A DNA stretch of 64,000 nucleotides from an uncultured Candidatus Saccharibacteria bacterium (lineage in GTDB: Bacteria; Patescibacteriota; Minisyncoccia; Phycocordibacterales; CAIZLB01), in contig CAYJDM010000001.1 in NCBI GenBank assembly GCA_964368945.1, positions 42,474 through 106,473 on the forward strand, written 5' to 3'. The notes beneath the pieces were generated by a model, which saw only the letters and a list, made by a program, of their open reading frames with translations, did not search any database and was not told the origin of the DNA. A program made the translations under genes and the position numbers. Shown piece by piece: positions 9,042 through 18,930 of the stretch; position 1 is the first letter of the stretch; every line of letters begins with the position of its first letter.

Positions 9042-9095
9042 AAAATGCTACACTATATGCATACGCACAAATCGCATATATATAGCTAATAATCT

Positions 9096-9578
9096 ATGAA
9101 CCCAACTACCAATCCAAATCCAAATTTGAATCCTGGGCTTAATCCTTCGCCGCTTCGGCCTTTGGCACAGGGCGGCTTGCGACAAATGCCGCAAAAGAAG
9201 GGCCATCTCGCATTTACGATCTTTCTCGTATTGATCATCTTGCTGGCATTCGGATATATGGGATGGAAATGGTTCGCCAATCAGCAGGAGATTCAGAATC
9301 TGCAGGCTCAGAATGCTCTATTGCAAATACAGCTTGCCAATACCCCTATAACCACAGTCGCTTCAGGCATTAGCACGGACGATGAAGCCGCTCCTGAGGC
9401 TTCTACGACGCCTGCCATCGAGACTAAGCCGAGCACTTCCAATCAGGCATCTGTTTCGGCAGCTTTGAATAAAAAGCCAGTCAATGTCAAAAAACCTTCA
9501 GCAGGCTCGGATATGTCATTCACTCTCGACAAACCGACGACAACTGACGATTCGAATCCTACGATCAGCGAGATATAA
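9096..9578 (+). CDS. hypothetical membrane-anchored protein with coiled-coil and S/T-rich tail
   Basis: N-terminal proline-rich segment, one TM helix, then QEIQNLQAQNALLQIQL. Confidence 0.45.
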   Translation: MNPTTNPNPNLNPGLNPSPLRPLAQGGLRQMPQKKGHLAFTIFLVLIILLAFGYMGWKWFANQQEIQNLQAQNALLQIQLANTPITTVASGISTDDEAAPEASTTPAIETKPSTSNQASVSAALNKKPVNVKKPSAGSDMSFTLDKPTTTDDSNPTISEI

Positions 9579-9592
9579 AGAATTATCATCCC

Positions 9593-10342
9593 ATGCAAAC
9601 GAAGCATAAAGAATTGCCGGAAAGAGGTCTGCTCAATCTGATATATCAGAAGCTGGAGTCTGGCAGCAATGCGAGCGAAATTGAGCATATGCTCTTGAGA
9701 GCCGGGCTGGATAAGGAAATCGTGCATGAGGCCGTGCAATATGCGGTAAAGAACGACACCTTGAAGCATCAGCGCGAAGCAGAGAAGAATGATTTTTTGC
9801 CGCCCCTCATGAAGAAAGGAGGTTCTAATGGCGCGATCGCGGAATCGATATCCAAAGTCATCGGATCGCAGATGAGCCATAAGGGGCTATTTCGAGGCAG
9901 GCTGAGAAGGAAGGATTTCATTATCGGGGTGCTTTTCTTTTTTGGTTTCGGATTCATACTCGCGAGCATCATGGTGAGCTGGGCGCAATTTTTTACCCCG
10001 GAACTTGCGAATGCGGTCGAGCGATTGATCGTGGCGGATACTTCCGGCGTTTGGCTGCTTTTCATTCCGATCATGTTCGCTCCGATCACCCTGATGATCC
10101 TGTCATTGATTACAAGGCGCCTTCACAATCTCGGATTGCCAGGGTGGATATCGCTTCTGTACCTGATGGCATTCATTTCGCCATTCGGTCCATTGGGCGG
10201 ATATGCATTCCTCGGTATGCATTTCGTCCTGCTCGTATTGATGATCGTGATGATTTCGGTAAAAGGGCATCCGAGCCCGAATAAGCATGGCGCTTTGCCT
10301 ACGAGCGAAGGGTCTATTTTCAAAAAGATCTTCGGCGAATGA
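9593..10342 (+). CDS. membrane protein with a C-terminal DUF805-like domain
   Basis: The GRLRRKDFIIGVLFFFGF motif, followed by multiple TM helices, matches the DUF805 signature (GRxsRkeYW). Confidence 0.5.
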   Translation: MQTKHKELPERGLLNLIYQKLESGSNASEIEHMLLRAGLDKEIVHEAVQYAVKNDTLKHQREAEKNDFLPPLMKKGGSNGAIAESISKVIGSQMSHKGLFRGRLRRKDFIIGVLFFFGFGFILASIMVSWAQFFTPELANAVERLIVADTSGVWLLFIPIMFAPITLMILSLITRRLHNLGLPGWISLLYLMAFISPFGPLGGYAFLGMHFVLLVLMIVMISVKGHPSPNKHGALPTSEGSIFKKIFGE

Positions 10343-10371
10343 TGCTATACTAATCGCATAAGCTCATATAT

Positions 10372-10683
10372 ATGGAAACACTAATCAAGGCGGATATTTT
10401 TTTCTTCATAACAGCGGTGGCGGTCGTCCTCATGACGCTCGTAGGGCTGGTGGCATTGTTCTATGTCATTCGATTCGCTCGGATGGCTTTTCTCATATCC
10501 AAAAAGATCAAGAGCGAAAGCGACAATATCTCTCATGATATCGCCATGATTCGGGCAAAGGTGCAGGAAGACGGATTCGGCATACGCACCATGATCTCAT
10601 TGTTCAAGGGCTTTTTTGGAAATAGCCTAGGCAAGACCCGCAAAAAGAAGGCAACAAAGGCAAAGACCGAAGACGAGGAATAG
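10372..10683 (+). CDS. small membrane protein (103 aa)
   Basis: One TM helix and a basic C-terminus. Confidence 0.4.
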   Translation: METLIKADIFFFITAVAVVLMTLVGLVALFYVIRFARMAFLISKKIKSESDNISHDIAMIRAKVQEDGFGIRTMISLFKGFFGNSLGKTRKKKATKAKTEDEE

Positions 10684-10763
10684 ATTAAAAAAACATTAAG
10701 CCCTCCGGGGAAACTGAGGAATTCCGGGGTTTGCTTTTTCGTACATATGCTACACTTATAGGC

Positions 10764-11237
10764 ATGGCAACACCAAAAAACACAAACAAGAAAGAAAAGT
10801 CAGCTCACACCGGATTGAAAGTAGCCGGTGTTATTGGAGGTCTCGCGGCGGCAACTGCAGCGGGCGTCTACTTTATGAATCACAATAAGGGCGCTCAGAA
10901 GAAAATGAAGGAAGCGAAAGCCTGGGTCGTGAAAGCGAAGCAGGAGGTTTTATCAAAGATGAAAAAGTTCAAGGAGATCAATGAGGATCTTTACAATAAT
11001 GCAGTCGAAGGCGTTATGGAGCGATACAAGAAGATCTCTACCGTCGATGGCAAAGAGCTTGCTACGGTTACAAAGGAGCTCAAGTCTCATTGGAAGAATA
11101 TTTCAAAGGAATTGAAGGGCGGCGCCAAGGCTGTCGTAACTGGCGCGAAGTCAGTCAAGTCCGCTGTAAAGTCAGTGGTCAAGGGCAAGCCGGCTCCAAA
11201 GGCAGCTGCAAAGCCAAAGTCTGCGCCTAAGGCATAA
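10764..11237 (+). CDS. Lys/Ala-rich membrane-anchored hypothetical protein
   Basis: TM segment followed by KAxK repeats. Start placed at MATPKN. Confidence 0.4.
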   Translation: MATPKNTNKKEKSAHTGLKVAGVIGGLAAATAAGVYFMNHNKGAQKKMKEAKAWVVKAKQEVLSKMKKFKEINEDLYNNAVEGVMERYKKISTVDGKELATVTKELKSHWKNISKELKGGAKAVVTGAKSVKSAVKSVVKGKPAPKAAAKPKSAPKA

Positions 11238-11270
11238 GATCGGCGAAATAAGATTGCGAATATAGTACAT

Positions 11271-12098
11271 ATGAAATCAGAAAACACTTCATGGGGCGGC
11301 GTGGCCTCTTGGTATGATGAATACCTCAATGATGGCGATACATATCAAGCCAAGGTCATTTGGCCTAACTTGAAGCGCATTCTGAACATAGGCACTGCTA
11401 GCGGATCTGATGAAAAGTCGGATACAAAGAAAATACACTTGCTCGATTTGGCATGCGGGCAAGGGTATTTTTCTTTTCTCTCGGCACAGGAAGGCGCTGA
11501 TGTGATCGGTCTGGATATCGCTCCGGAATTGATCCAGGTAGCCAAGGCGAGAGCGGAGAAAAGTGCCCAGATGGCCTTGAAATTCGACGTGGCACCGTCT
11601 CATAAGCTGGGTGCGGTATCAGACAGCGGTCAGGATATTGTCATATGCGTGCTGGCGCTTCAGAATATAAAGGAGCTTGATGAGACCATTGCCGAATGCG
11701 CGCGCGTTCTCAAGAAGAAGGGCAGATTCGTCTTCGTCCTCAATCATCCGAGCTTTCGCATCCCGCAATATTCGGATTGGCATTTTGATACGAAGAAAAT
11801 GATCCAGGCCCGAACGGTTTGGAAATATATGCAGGAAACGACGATCGCGATCGATATGAACCCAGGCCTCAGCGCTGACAAAAGCAAGGCGGGCGTCGCC
11901 AAGAATATGACCTATTCTTTCCATCGGCCGCTGCAGCTTTTCATCAAATTATTGGCCAAGCATGGCTTCTATATCAGGCGCTTGGAGGAATGGTGTTCTC
12001 ATAAGAAGACCGAAGCCGGGCCTCGAAAAGAGGCTGAAGACAGGGCGCGAAAGGAGATTCCCATGTTCATGTGCATAGAGGCTCAGCTGCTCGAATAG
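11271..12098 (+). CDS. class I SAM-dependent methyltransferase
   Basis: Motif I LDLACGQGYFSF and motif II context. Confidence 0.7.
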   Translation: MKSENTSWGGVASWYDEYLNDGDTYQAKVIWPNLKRILNIGTASGSDEKSDTKKIHLLDLACGQGYFSFLSAQEGADVIGLDIAPELIQVAKARAEKSAQMALKFDVAPSHKLGAVSDSGQDIVICVLALQNIKELDETIAECARVLKKKGRFVFVLNHPSFRIPQYSDWHFDTKKMIQARTVWKYMQETTIAIDMNPGLSADKSKAGVAKNMTYSFHRPLQLFIKLLAKHGFYIRRLEEWCSHKKTEAGPRKEAEDRARKEIPMFMCIEAQLLE

Positions 12099-12154
12099 GC
12101 GCCAAATAAGGCTCGAATCCGGGCGGATTGTGCGGTATACTATAAGGGTTACTT

Positions 12155-13279
12155 ATGTCACTCCTACGCCCTCTATTCCTGCTTCTTCTCTTTTTCGGGG
12201 CTCTTTTTCTATTACGCGGACCTCTGCATAATTTCAATGGAAATGCGCATATCGTGAAGCAGGCATATGTGGACCCTTTTATTTCTTTTGTAAAAGGGAT
12301 GGCGACGTCAAGCGGCGGCTCATATGCATCGTCTTCGCGTCCTACTATTTTTAATCCATTTAGCGGCTCGCTCGCGATGAATTGGATTCCCGGATCTAAT
12401 TCTGACGGCTCGTCATCAGCCGCATCGACGACAGGCTCAGGTGCTGCTGATGGAAAAAACACCGATGGCAAAAGCGAAAACGATGCTCAGAAGCCAAAGC
12501 CGGCCACTGGGACTACGGGCACGAATAAGGACATCATCACTGCATCCAATGGCACGATCACGGCGGACAATTCCTCTCTAAGCCTGAGCGGTATTTTGAC
12601 GTCTACCAATAAGGAGCGAACAAGCCGGCAATTCCCAGCGCTCAAGAATTCGCGGGCGCTCAATGCGTCCGCGGAAAAGAAATTGCAGGATATGTTTTCG
12701 AATCAGTATTTCGAGCATGAAAGCCCCAGAGGCGTCAGCGTATCGGATCTCGTCCGAAATGAAAGCTATGAATATATAGTGGTAGGGGAAAACCTCGCGC
12801 TCGGCAACTTCGGCGGCGATGTGCAGGTGGTTACGGCATGGATGAATAGCCCGGGACATAGGGCGAATATCCTCGATCCACGCTTTCAGGAGATCGGCAT
12901 CGCTGTAGGACGCGGAATCTATAAGGGCAAAGAGCAATGGATCGCGGTTCAGCATTTCGCCAAGCCTCTTTCGTCTTGCCCTGGTCCGAATTCGGAGCTC
13001 AAGAGCAAAATCAATACGCATACGACTGATCTTGCCGTAAAAGAAAAGGCGCTGACTGCTCTCAAGGCAGAGATAGATGCGACGACGAATCGCGATGAAG
13101 CTTATAATGCCAAGGTGACGCAATACAATAACCTTGTCGGCGAATACAATGTATATCTCGAATCTCTCAAGGATGAGATTAGCAGATACAATGAGCAGGT
13201 AAGGGCATTCAATGCATGCGCAGGGCTTGTGGCGAAGAAGAGCTCGAACACTGCGTCGGTTTCTGGTGCGACAAATTAG
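12155..13279 (+). CDS. CAP/SCP/PR-1 domain secreted protein (YkwD-like) with a coiled-coil C-terminus
   Basis: Signal/TM segment at the N-terminus and the WMNSPGHRANILDPRFQEIGIAV motif. Confidence 0.7.
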   Translation: MSLLRPLFLLLLFFGALFLLRGPLHNFNGNAHIVKQAYVDPFISFVKGMATSSGGSYASSSRPTIFNPFSGSLAMNWIPGSNSDGSSSAASTTGSGAADGKNTDGKSENDAQKPKPATGTTGTNKDIITASNGTITADNSSLSLSGILTSTNKERTSRQFPALKNSRALNASAEKKLQDMFSNQYFEHESPRGVSVSDLVRNESYEYIVVGENLALGNFGGDVQVVTAWMNSPGHRANILDPRFQEIGIAVGRGIYKGKEQWIAVQHFAKPLSSCPGPNSELKSKINTHTTDLAVKEKALTALKAEIDATTNRDEAYNAKVTQYNNLVGEYNVYLESLKDEISRYNEQVRAFNACAGLVAKKSSNTASVSGATN

Positions 13280-13309
13280 TGCGCGATAGGCACAACGAGG
13301 CTTTTCCAT

Positions 13310-13352
13310 GCGTAGAAGAAACCCGGACGTTACGTCCGGGTTTCTTCTACGC
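13310..13352. terminator. Long perfect hairpin (about 20-bp stem) between convergent genes; probable bidirectional terminator
   Basis: gcgtagaagaaacccggacgt-t-acgtccgggtttcttctacgc. Confidence 0.5.
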
Positions 13353-13388
13353 ATCATTCTGTCCAGCCGCTGAATTTTTGTATTCGCG

Positions 13389-14642
13389 CTATCTGATCAA
13401 GAATGCATACCGGATGCCCAATAACATGATGAGTCCGAGTACCACGAACATATAGCTAAACGGCAGCAATGTCAGCAGCAAGGCGACGAGAATCGGGATG
13501 ACGATATATGGCAAAGCTCGCGTCATTCTGAATATGCTGATGAAGCCCGAATTCGTAGGGCTGACATGCTTGAAGAAATAGCTTTCGCTTGAGACTTCGA
13601 CGATGCTGGCGCCAATGTGGATGATGAAAAGCAATATGGCCCAAGGGATGATATTTTGCACAGTAATGAGCGGGACAATCATCGATCCGATTGACATGAT
13701 GAGAAAGCCTGCGATGAGGAGGGGTTTTTCCCTGGCGATGCGGTCCTGGAGCTTGCCGATTTTGCCCTGGAATAATACGAAAGGCAGGGAAGTCATGACG
13801 AGCAAGAAGCCCGTCTCATTCCATGTAAATCCTATATGCGTATGCAGATAAATAGGCAGATAGATGGCGCTCCAGCCAAAGAAGAGGTTGAGCAATACGC
13901 GGTCCATGAATACGTCGAAGACATTCTTATGCTTGAGGAAATGCATGAGCGTATCCTTGATATGCACATCTGGATATGTGAGATCTCTCATCTTGCTGAA
14001 ATTCGTTTTGAGAATGATGATAAAAGGGATGAGGAAGACCGCGCTGATCACATAGATCTTCCAATAGCCCATATCGTGGAGCGAGGCCATGCTTATCGTG
14101 CTCCCACTCGCTCCGCCGCTGGTCGCGCTTTCGGTAAGCGCTGATGATGTGCTTATGATCAGTCCGGCTATGAATGGAGTGATGACGGTCGGCAAATTCC
14201 ACATTGTCAAAAACATTCCGCGCGCAGAGCCCGTCTCCTCTTTCGGCCTAAATTCCTCCAAGAATAGGTCCATGCAATAGATAAGCAATGGTGCCGCTGC
14301 GGCATGCGCGAAGAAAGCGAGAAGGAGCAATGCTGGGTAAAAAGGGAATGCCAGCACGATAAGGGCTGCGATTTCCAGTGTCGCCAATCCGAGCGTCATT
14401 TTGAGCAGGCCGAATTTGCGCAGTATTTTGGGTGCTTTTATGAATAGGGCAATATTGAGAATTGCTCCGATCGCATAGAGCACGCTTACGCCTGCCTCTC
14501 CGACGAAAGACTGGAGATATGTCGAGTTTATGAAATAAACGAAGAAGAAGTGAAATGAGAGGAGGAGGACCGATACGAGGATGATCAAGACCGAGCTGAA
14601 TTTATTTTGCTGACTCGAAGGGGAAGGGGACATGCTTTCCAT
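13389..14642 (-). CDS. polytopic membrane transporter (MFS-like, about 12 TM helices)
   Basis: Hydropathy pattern. No definitive motif. Confidence 0.45.
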   Translation of the reverse strand: MESMSPSPSSQQNKFSSVLIILVSVLLLSFHFFFVYFINSTYLQSFVGEAGVSVLYAIGAILNIALFIKAPKILRKFGLLKMTLGLATLEIAALIVLAFPFYPALLLLAFFAHAAAAPLLIYCMDLFLEEFRPKEETGSARGMFLTMWNLPTVITPFIAGLIISTSSALTESATSGGASGSTISMASLHDMGYWKIYVISAVFLIPFIIILKTNFSKMRDLTYPDVHIKDTLMHFLKHKNVFDVFMDRVLLNLFFGWSAIYLPIYLHTHIGFTWNETGFLLVMTSLPFVLFQGKIGKLQDRIAREKPLLIAGFLIMSIGSMIVPLITVQNIIPWAILLFIIHIGASIVEVSSESYFFKHVSPTNSGFISIFRMTRALPYIVIPILVALLLTLLPFSYMFVVLGLIMLLGIRYAFLIR

Positions 14643-14688
14643 GCGGTATAGTATAATCTATTTCCGATGACCGCGATACATAAATAAT

Positions 14689-15879
14689 ATGAGCACTACC
14701 AAAAAAAAGATAGTATGCATCGCATCCGCAGCGGTTTTTGTCATTGTCGCAGCCATCTCAGCTGGAATCTGGATAGCGAAAAACAAAACGGCGAGAGTGG
14801 ATGGCGATCAGGTCCGGGATGGGGACGGCTCAGCTGCATCAGGAACGATGCCGAGCAATATAGATGCTGCAGGCCGCCATATAAGCCATGAATTGACCCT
14901 TGATGAGGCAAAAGCAATCATCGCGAAATATCCGACCAAAAATGCAGCAAATCCCCAATTCGTTCTATTCGCATTCGACGGCTCCCGTTCGCTGTCGATG
15001 TGGAAGCAAAGCCTGCAATTCGCCCGTGAAATGAATGCCTCCAATGCGCCGCTTCACTTTACGTATTTCATCAATGCCGTATATATTTTGGATCCTCAAT
15101 TCCATGGCTTATTTGCATCGCCTGGGCAATCTCCCGGAGTATCGAATATAGGATTTGCTACAAGCCGCGAGGATGTGCTTGCGCGCATAGGACAGATAAA
15201 TACCGCATATAAGGAGGGTCATGAGATCGGATCGCATAATGTCGGCCATTATGAGGGCGTGACTTGGTCATTCGATGAATGGATGGGGCAATTCGATCTA
15301 TTCGACAAGATCGTCCTGCATCCAGAATCTATGCGTCCCGAATATCATATCGATGTGCCAGCATCCGAGATCGTGGGATTCAGGGCACCGGATCTCTCGG
15401 TCAACGATGCGATGTATGACGCCCTCAAGGAAAAGCATTTTCTCTATGATGCAAGTCGAACTGCCACCGCATATTATTTCCCTCATAAGGACAAAAATGG
15501 CCTATGGGAATTGCCTTTGCCGAGCGTCGCTATCGGTCCGAAGGATAAGCGAGGCAGGCAGGCGAATGTGCTAGCGATGGATTATAATTTATTTTTTCAT
15601 GATACCAAGGGCGTGGATATTGCCAAAAAAGGCACGGTCCTGTGGGACACCCTGTATGATCAGACGGTTGACGCTTTTCTCAATCAATTCAAAATCCAAT
15701 ATTCGGGCAAGCGCTCGCCGATTTATTTCGCCAGCCATTTCTCGAGCTGGAATGATGGCGCTTATTGGGAGGCAATGAAGGATTTCGCCCGATCGGTCTG
15801 CAGCAAGCCCGAGGTCTATTGCGTGACGTATAAGGATTTGGCGATGTGGATGGAAGCGAAGGCGACCCTGGATAGATAG
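14689..15879 (+). CDS. polysaccharide deacetylase (NodB homology / CE4 family)
   Basis: GHEIGSHNVGH and GFRAPDLS motifs. Confidence 0.7.
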   Translation: MSTTKKKIVCIASAAVFVIVAAISAGIWIAKNKTARVDGDQVRDGDGSAASGTMPSNIDAAGRHISHELTLDEAKAIIAKYPTKNAANPQFVLFAFDGSRSLSMWKQSLQFAREMNASNAPLHFTYFINAVYILDPQFHGLFASPGQSPGVSNIGFATSREDVLARIGQINTAYKEGHEIGSHNVGHYEGVTWSFDEWMGQFDLFDKIVLHPESMRPEYHIDVPASEIVGFRAPDLSVNDAMYDALKEKHFLYDASRTATAYYFPHKDKNGLWELPLPSVAIGPKDKRGRQANVLAMDYNLFFHDTKGVDIAKKGTVLWDTLYDQTVDAFLNQFKIQYSGKRSPIYFASHFSSWNDGAYWEAMKDFARSVCSKPEVYCVTYKDLAMWMEAKATLDR

Positions 15880-15890
15880 GAGACTTGTTT

Positions 15891-16568
15891 TTAATGTATG
15901 TATTTATATACAGTGCCGTCGTCTTGTACTATGTAATTTGGTTTTTGGTATTCTGGCGTATCAACGAATCCTCCAGGTCCATCCTGTACTAATAGATATG
16001 GATATTTGTCGGAAGCAAATATTTGAAGCCATGTACCGCTTTGACAATTTCCTGGTATTTTTACTAGTTCACGAGAACCCTCAGTTTTATCCTCATACAA
16101 GCATCCCTTCCAAATCGGTGACCCTCCATATTCTTGGAAATAGTATTTTTTTCCTGCTGTTTGCAGGGAAATCTCAGAAATGCTACTGTCTCGCACTTGC
16201 AGGTGCTCTCCAGGTAATAACGGTCGCATGTTTCTGTCATATGCTGATCGGGCCACAGGCCCCGGATCTTTTCCTGATGCAGCTTTTTGATCTTCCGACC
16301 ATTTCACCATAGTTGCTTGAGACATGGTGGAAGAAAATTCATTTAAATCTGCGCCATTGAAACCAGAGGCCTGAGAGAGTCTTTCGCGAAAAGCCCGATC
16401 TTCCATCGTCGGGATGTCTTTTAGGATCGACGCCCTCACCGAAGGATTCCATAAGAACCATTTGAATGGAAAGTATAGAATTACGAGGATTAAAATTATT
16501 TTTACCGCATGGTTATGCCTAGGCTTTTCCTGCATGCTGACAGGCGCTGATGTAATGTTCGGAATCAT
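15891..16568 (-). CDS. hypothetical membrane-anchored protein
   Basis: ORF with an N-terminal TM helix; no recognisable domain. Confidence 0.4.
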   Translation of the reverse strand: MIPNITSAPVSMQEKPRHNHAVKIILILVILYFPFKWFLWNPSVRASILKDIPTMEDRAFRERLSQASGFNGADLNEFSSTMSQATMVKWSEDQKAASGKDPGPVARSAYDRNMRPLLPGEHLQVRDSSISEISLQTAGKKYYFQEYGGSPIWKGCLYEDKTEGSRELVKIPGNCQSGTWLQIFASDKYPYLLVQDGPGGFVDTPEYQKPNYIVQDDGTVYKYIH

Positions 16569-16683
16569 TCCTATAGCATAACATAAGGAAGTTGTTGAGT
16601 GGGTGCAAAGAAAAAACCGCCATAACCTTTTGTGGAACAGCGGCTTTTCTATCTGTTTTATGGTGTGATTCAGGTTCGCTGAA

Positions 16684-18894
16684 TTACACGCAGATCATCA
16701 CCGGAATAATGATAGGTCGCTTCGCAGTCTGCTGGAAGATGAATCGGCCGAGAACGTCTGAGACGACATCCTTTACATAGTCGATATTGACCGGATGCAT
16801 ATCATGCGTAACCTGCTCGACGGTATTTTTTACCAAGAATCGAATCTCTCGAAGCAATTCCTGCGATTCTCGCAAGTATACTGAACCTCGTGAGATGATG
16901 TCCGGAGACTTCTTGAGGCGGCCAGTAGCGGCATTGATGACGCCTACGACCACATAGATGCCGTCCTGAGAAAGGATCTGTCGATCTCGGATGACGACGT
17001 CCTGGATATCGCCGATAGTGAATCCGTCCACCATGACCACATTGTCTGGGGCTTTAGCAGAGAGTCGGACCATCTTCGTGCCGTTCTCCTGGATCTCGAC
17101 GATCGTTCCATCATCTGGCACGCAGATATTGGCTCGAGGGATGCCGAGGTTTTCAGCAAGCTCAGCATGAAGCTTGGTCATATAGTAATGACCGTGGATG
17201 GGGATAAAGAATTTCGCTCGCATCTTTCGGTGCAGCCATTCGATTTCGCCTCGGTTACCGTGACCCGTCGAGTGGATATATACGTCCGAAGTTCGATAAT
17301 GCATGATCTTCGTTCCTTGTCGCGCGATGCTGTCCTTGAGCTTCTGAACAGACCGCTCATTTCCTGGAATGATCGAAGATGAAAGGAGGACCGTATCTCG
17401 CTCAGTCAATTTGAAATGCTTGTACTGATTGTTCGATACGCGCATGAGGAAGGCGAATTCCTCGCCCTGCGCACCCGTTGCGATGATTACGATTCGGTCT
17501 GGCGGATACTGGTCGATATCCTGAGGAGCGATGAAGATATTCTTGTTCACCTTGAGAATGCCGGCCTGGATGGTGATATCGACATTGTTCTTCATGCTTC
17601 GTCCTTCGATGATGACCTTCTTGCCGAATCGCTCGCAGGCATGGATGACATGCGCGATTCGATTCACATGAGAGGAGAACATGCCCATGATCAATCGGCC
17701 CGTAGAATTCTTTACGATTTCTTCGAGGTTTTCATGAACGACATAGTCAGGAGTAGAGAAGCCTGGGTTTTCGATATTCGTAGATTCTCCAAGGTAAAGG
17801 AGAACGTTCTTTCCATCAAAGAGCCCATAGTTCTTTTCTTCCTCCGCGGTCGGAACTCCATCTCGGTGATCGAGCTTAAAGTCTCCGGGAGTCGTAACGT
17901 ATCCATGAGGAGTCTCGATTGCGATACCCATTGAATCTGGGATCGAATGGTTTACTCCATAGAATTTGATTGAAAGGTCTCCGATCTTTACCTGAGCATC
18001 GCCTTCGATGATCCTATATTCAAAAGGCTTAACATGAGGGAATTCAGCCTGTCGCTTCTTGAGCATCAAGGCCGTAAGGTTTCGAGTGTAAATTGGCGGA
18101 TTGCCGATTCTGTCCATGATAAAAGGAAGGGCGCCGATATGGTCCAAGTGACCATGAGTCACAAGCATGGCTCGAACCTTATGCTTTCGCTCTTCGAGAT
18201 ACTTGGTGTTTGGCAGGATATAGTCGATACCTGGATGGTCAGAATCCTTGAATTTGAAGCCGGCATCGATAACGATGATGTCATTGCCGATTTCGACGAC
18301 GGTCATATTCATACCGACTTCTTCTACTCCTCCGAGAGGGATGACTCGGATATTTCCTGGCGCGAGCGGAGGGATGGCAACATTAGGGTTGCTCTTTTGG
18401 ATGCTCGAATGCTTCTGAGGCGAGCCTGTAGGGCGAGATCGCATTCTGTTTCGAGCATTCTTGAGTCGCATCTTCTGCTCTCGGTCATCGCCTCCATTTC
18501 CTCCAGGTCCGTTTTGTCCGCCAAAGCCTTGTCCTGACTGCTCAGTAGCTCGATGGCCATGGCCTATGGCGCCGTCCTGCGCATCGCCAAAGTCCGCATC
18601 TTCTGCGCGGATAGCGGTATCATTGTCTCCTGCGAATTCCTGGTCTTCAGGAAGGACGTCATCATGGTCGAATCGCTCGCTGAGGCTTTCGTCCTCGCTT
18701 GAAGCGGGGATGGGATCGAAATGGCGTTCTGCCTGAGCAGAGTCCGGTCCGGCTGGCGCGAATGTCTCGCGAGCAGCAGGGTTTTTGCCTTCGGCTTCGA
18801 GAGCCTGATTCACCAATTGCTTGAATTCTGAAACGGCATCGAGGTTTTTGTCTCCATTGTTTGCCGCTCCGTTAGTGTTATTGTTTTTGTTCAT
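16684..18894 (-). CDS. rnj: Ribonuclease J (MBL fold, beta-CASP and RNase J C-terminal domains) with an N-terminal low-complexity extension of about 170 aa
   Basis: IRVIPLGGVEEVGMNMTVVEIGNDIIVIDAGFKF...LVTHGHLDHIGALP and later conserved blocks. Confidence 0.9.
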   Translation of the reverse strand: MNKNNNTNGAANNGDKNLDAVSEFKQLVNQALEAEGKNPAARETFAPAGPDSAQAERHFDPIPASSEDESLSERFDHDDVLPEDQEFAGDNDTAIRAEDADFGDAQDGAIGHGHRATEQSGQGFGGQNGPGGNGGDDREQKMRLKNARNRMRSRPTGSPQKHSSIQKSNPNVAIPPLAPGNIRVIPLGGVEEVGMNMTVVEIGNDIIVIDAGFKFKDSDHPGIDYILPNTKYLEERKHKVRAMLVTHGHLDHIGALPFIMDRIGNPPIYTRNLTALMLKKRQAEFPHVKPFEYRIIEGDAQVKIGDLSIKFYGVNHSIPDSMGIAIETPHGYVTTPGDFKLDHRDGVPTAEEEKNYGLFDGKNVLLYLGESTNIENPGFSTPDYVVHENLEEIVKNSTGRLIMGMFSSHVNRIAHVIHACERFGKKVIIEGRSMKNNVDITIQAGILKVNKNIFIAPQDIDQYPPDRIVIIATGAQGEEFAFLMRVSNNQYKHFKLTERDTVLLSSSIIPGNERSVQKLKDSIARQGTKIMHYRTSDVYIHSTGHGNRGEIEWLHRKMRAKFFIPIHGHYYMTKLHAELAENLGIPRANICVPDDGTIVEIQENGTKMVRLSAKAPDNVVMVDGFTIGDIQDVVIRDRQILSQDGIYVVVGVINAATGRLKKSPDIISRGSVYLRESQELLREIRFLVKNTVEQVTHDMHPVNIDYVKDVVSDVLGRFIFQQTAKRPIIIPVMICV

Positions 18895-18930
18895 AATTTT
18901 TTTGTTAATTTAAATTTTTTGATAATTGTA

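Noticed and set aside
13324-13336. The 13-mer GGACGTTACGTCC shared between the 13310 terminator hairpin and the MerR promoter dyad
   Set aside because: A 13-mer coincidence is within chance expectation for this window. The contexts differ (terminator stem versus promoter spacer).
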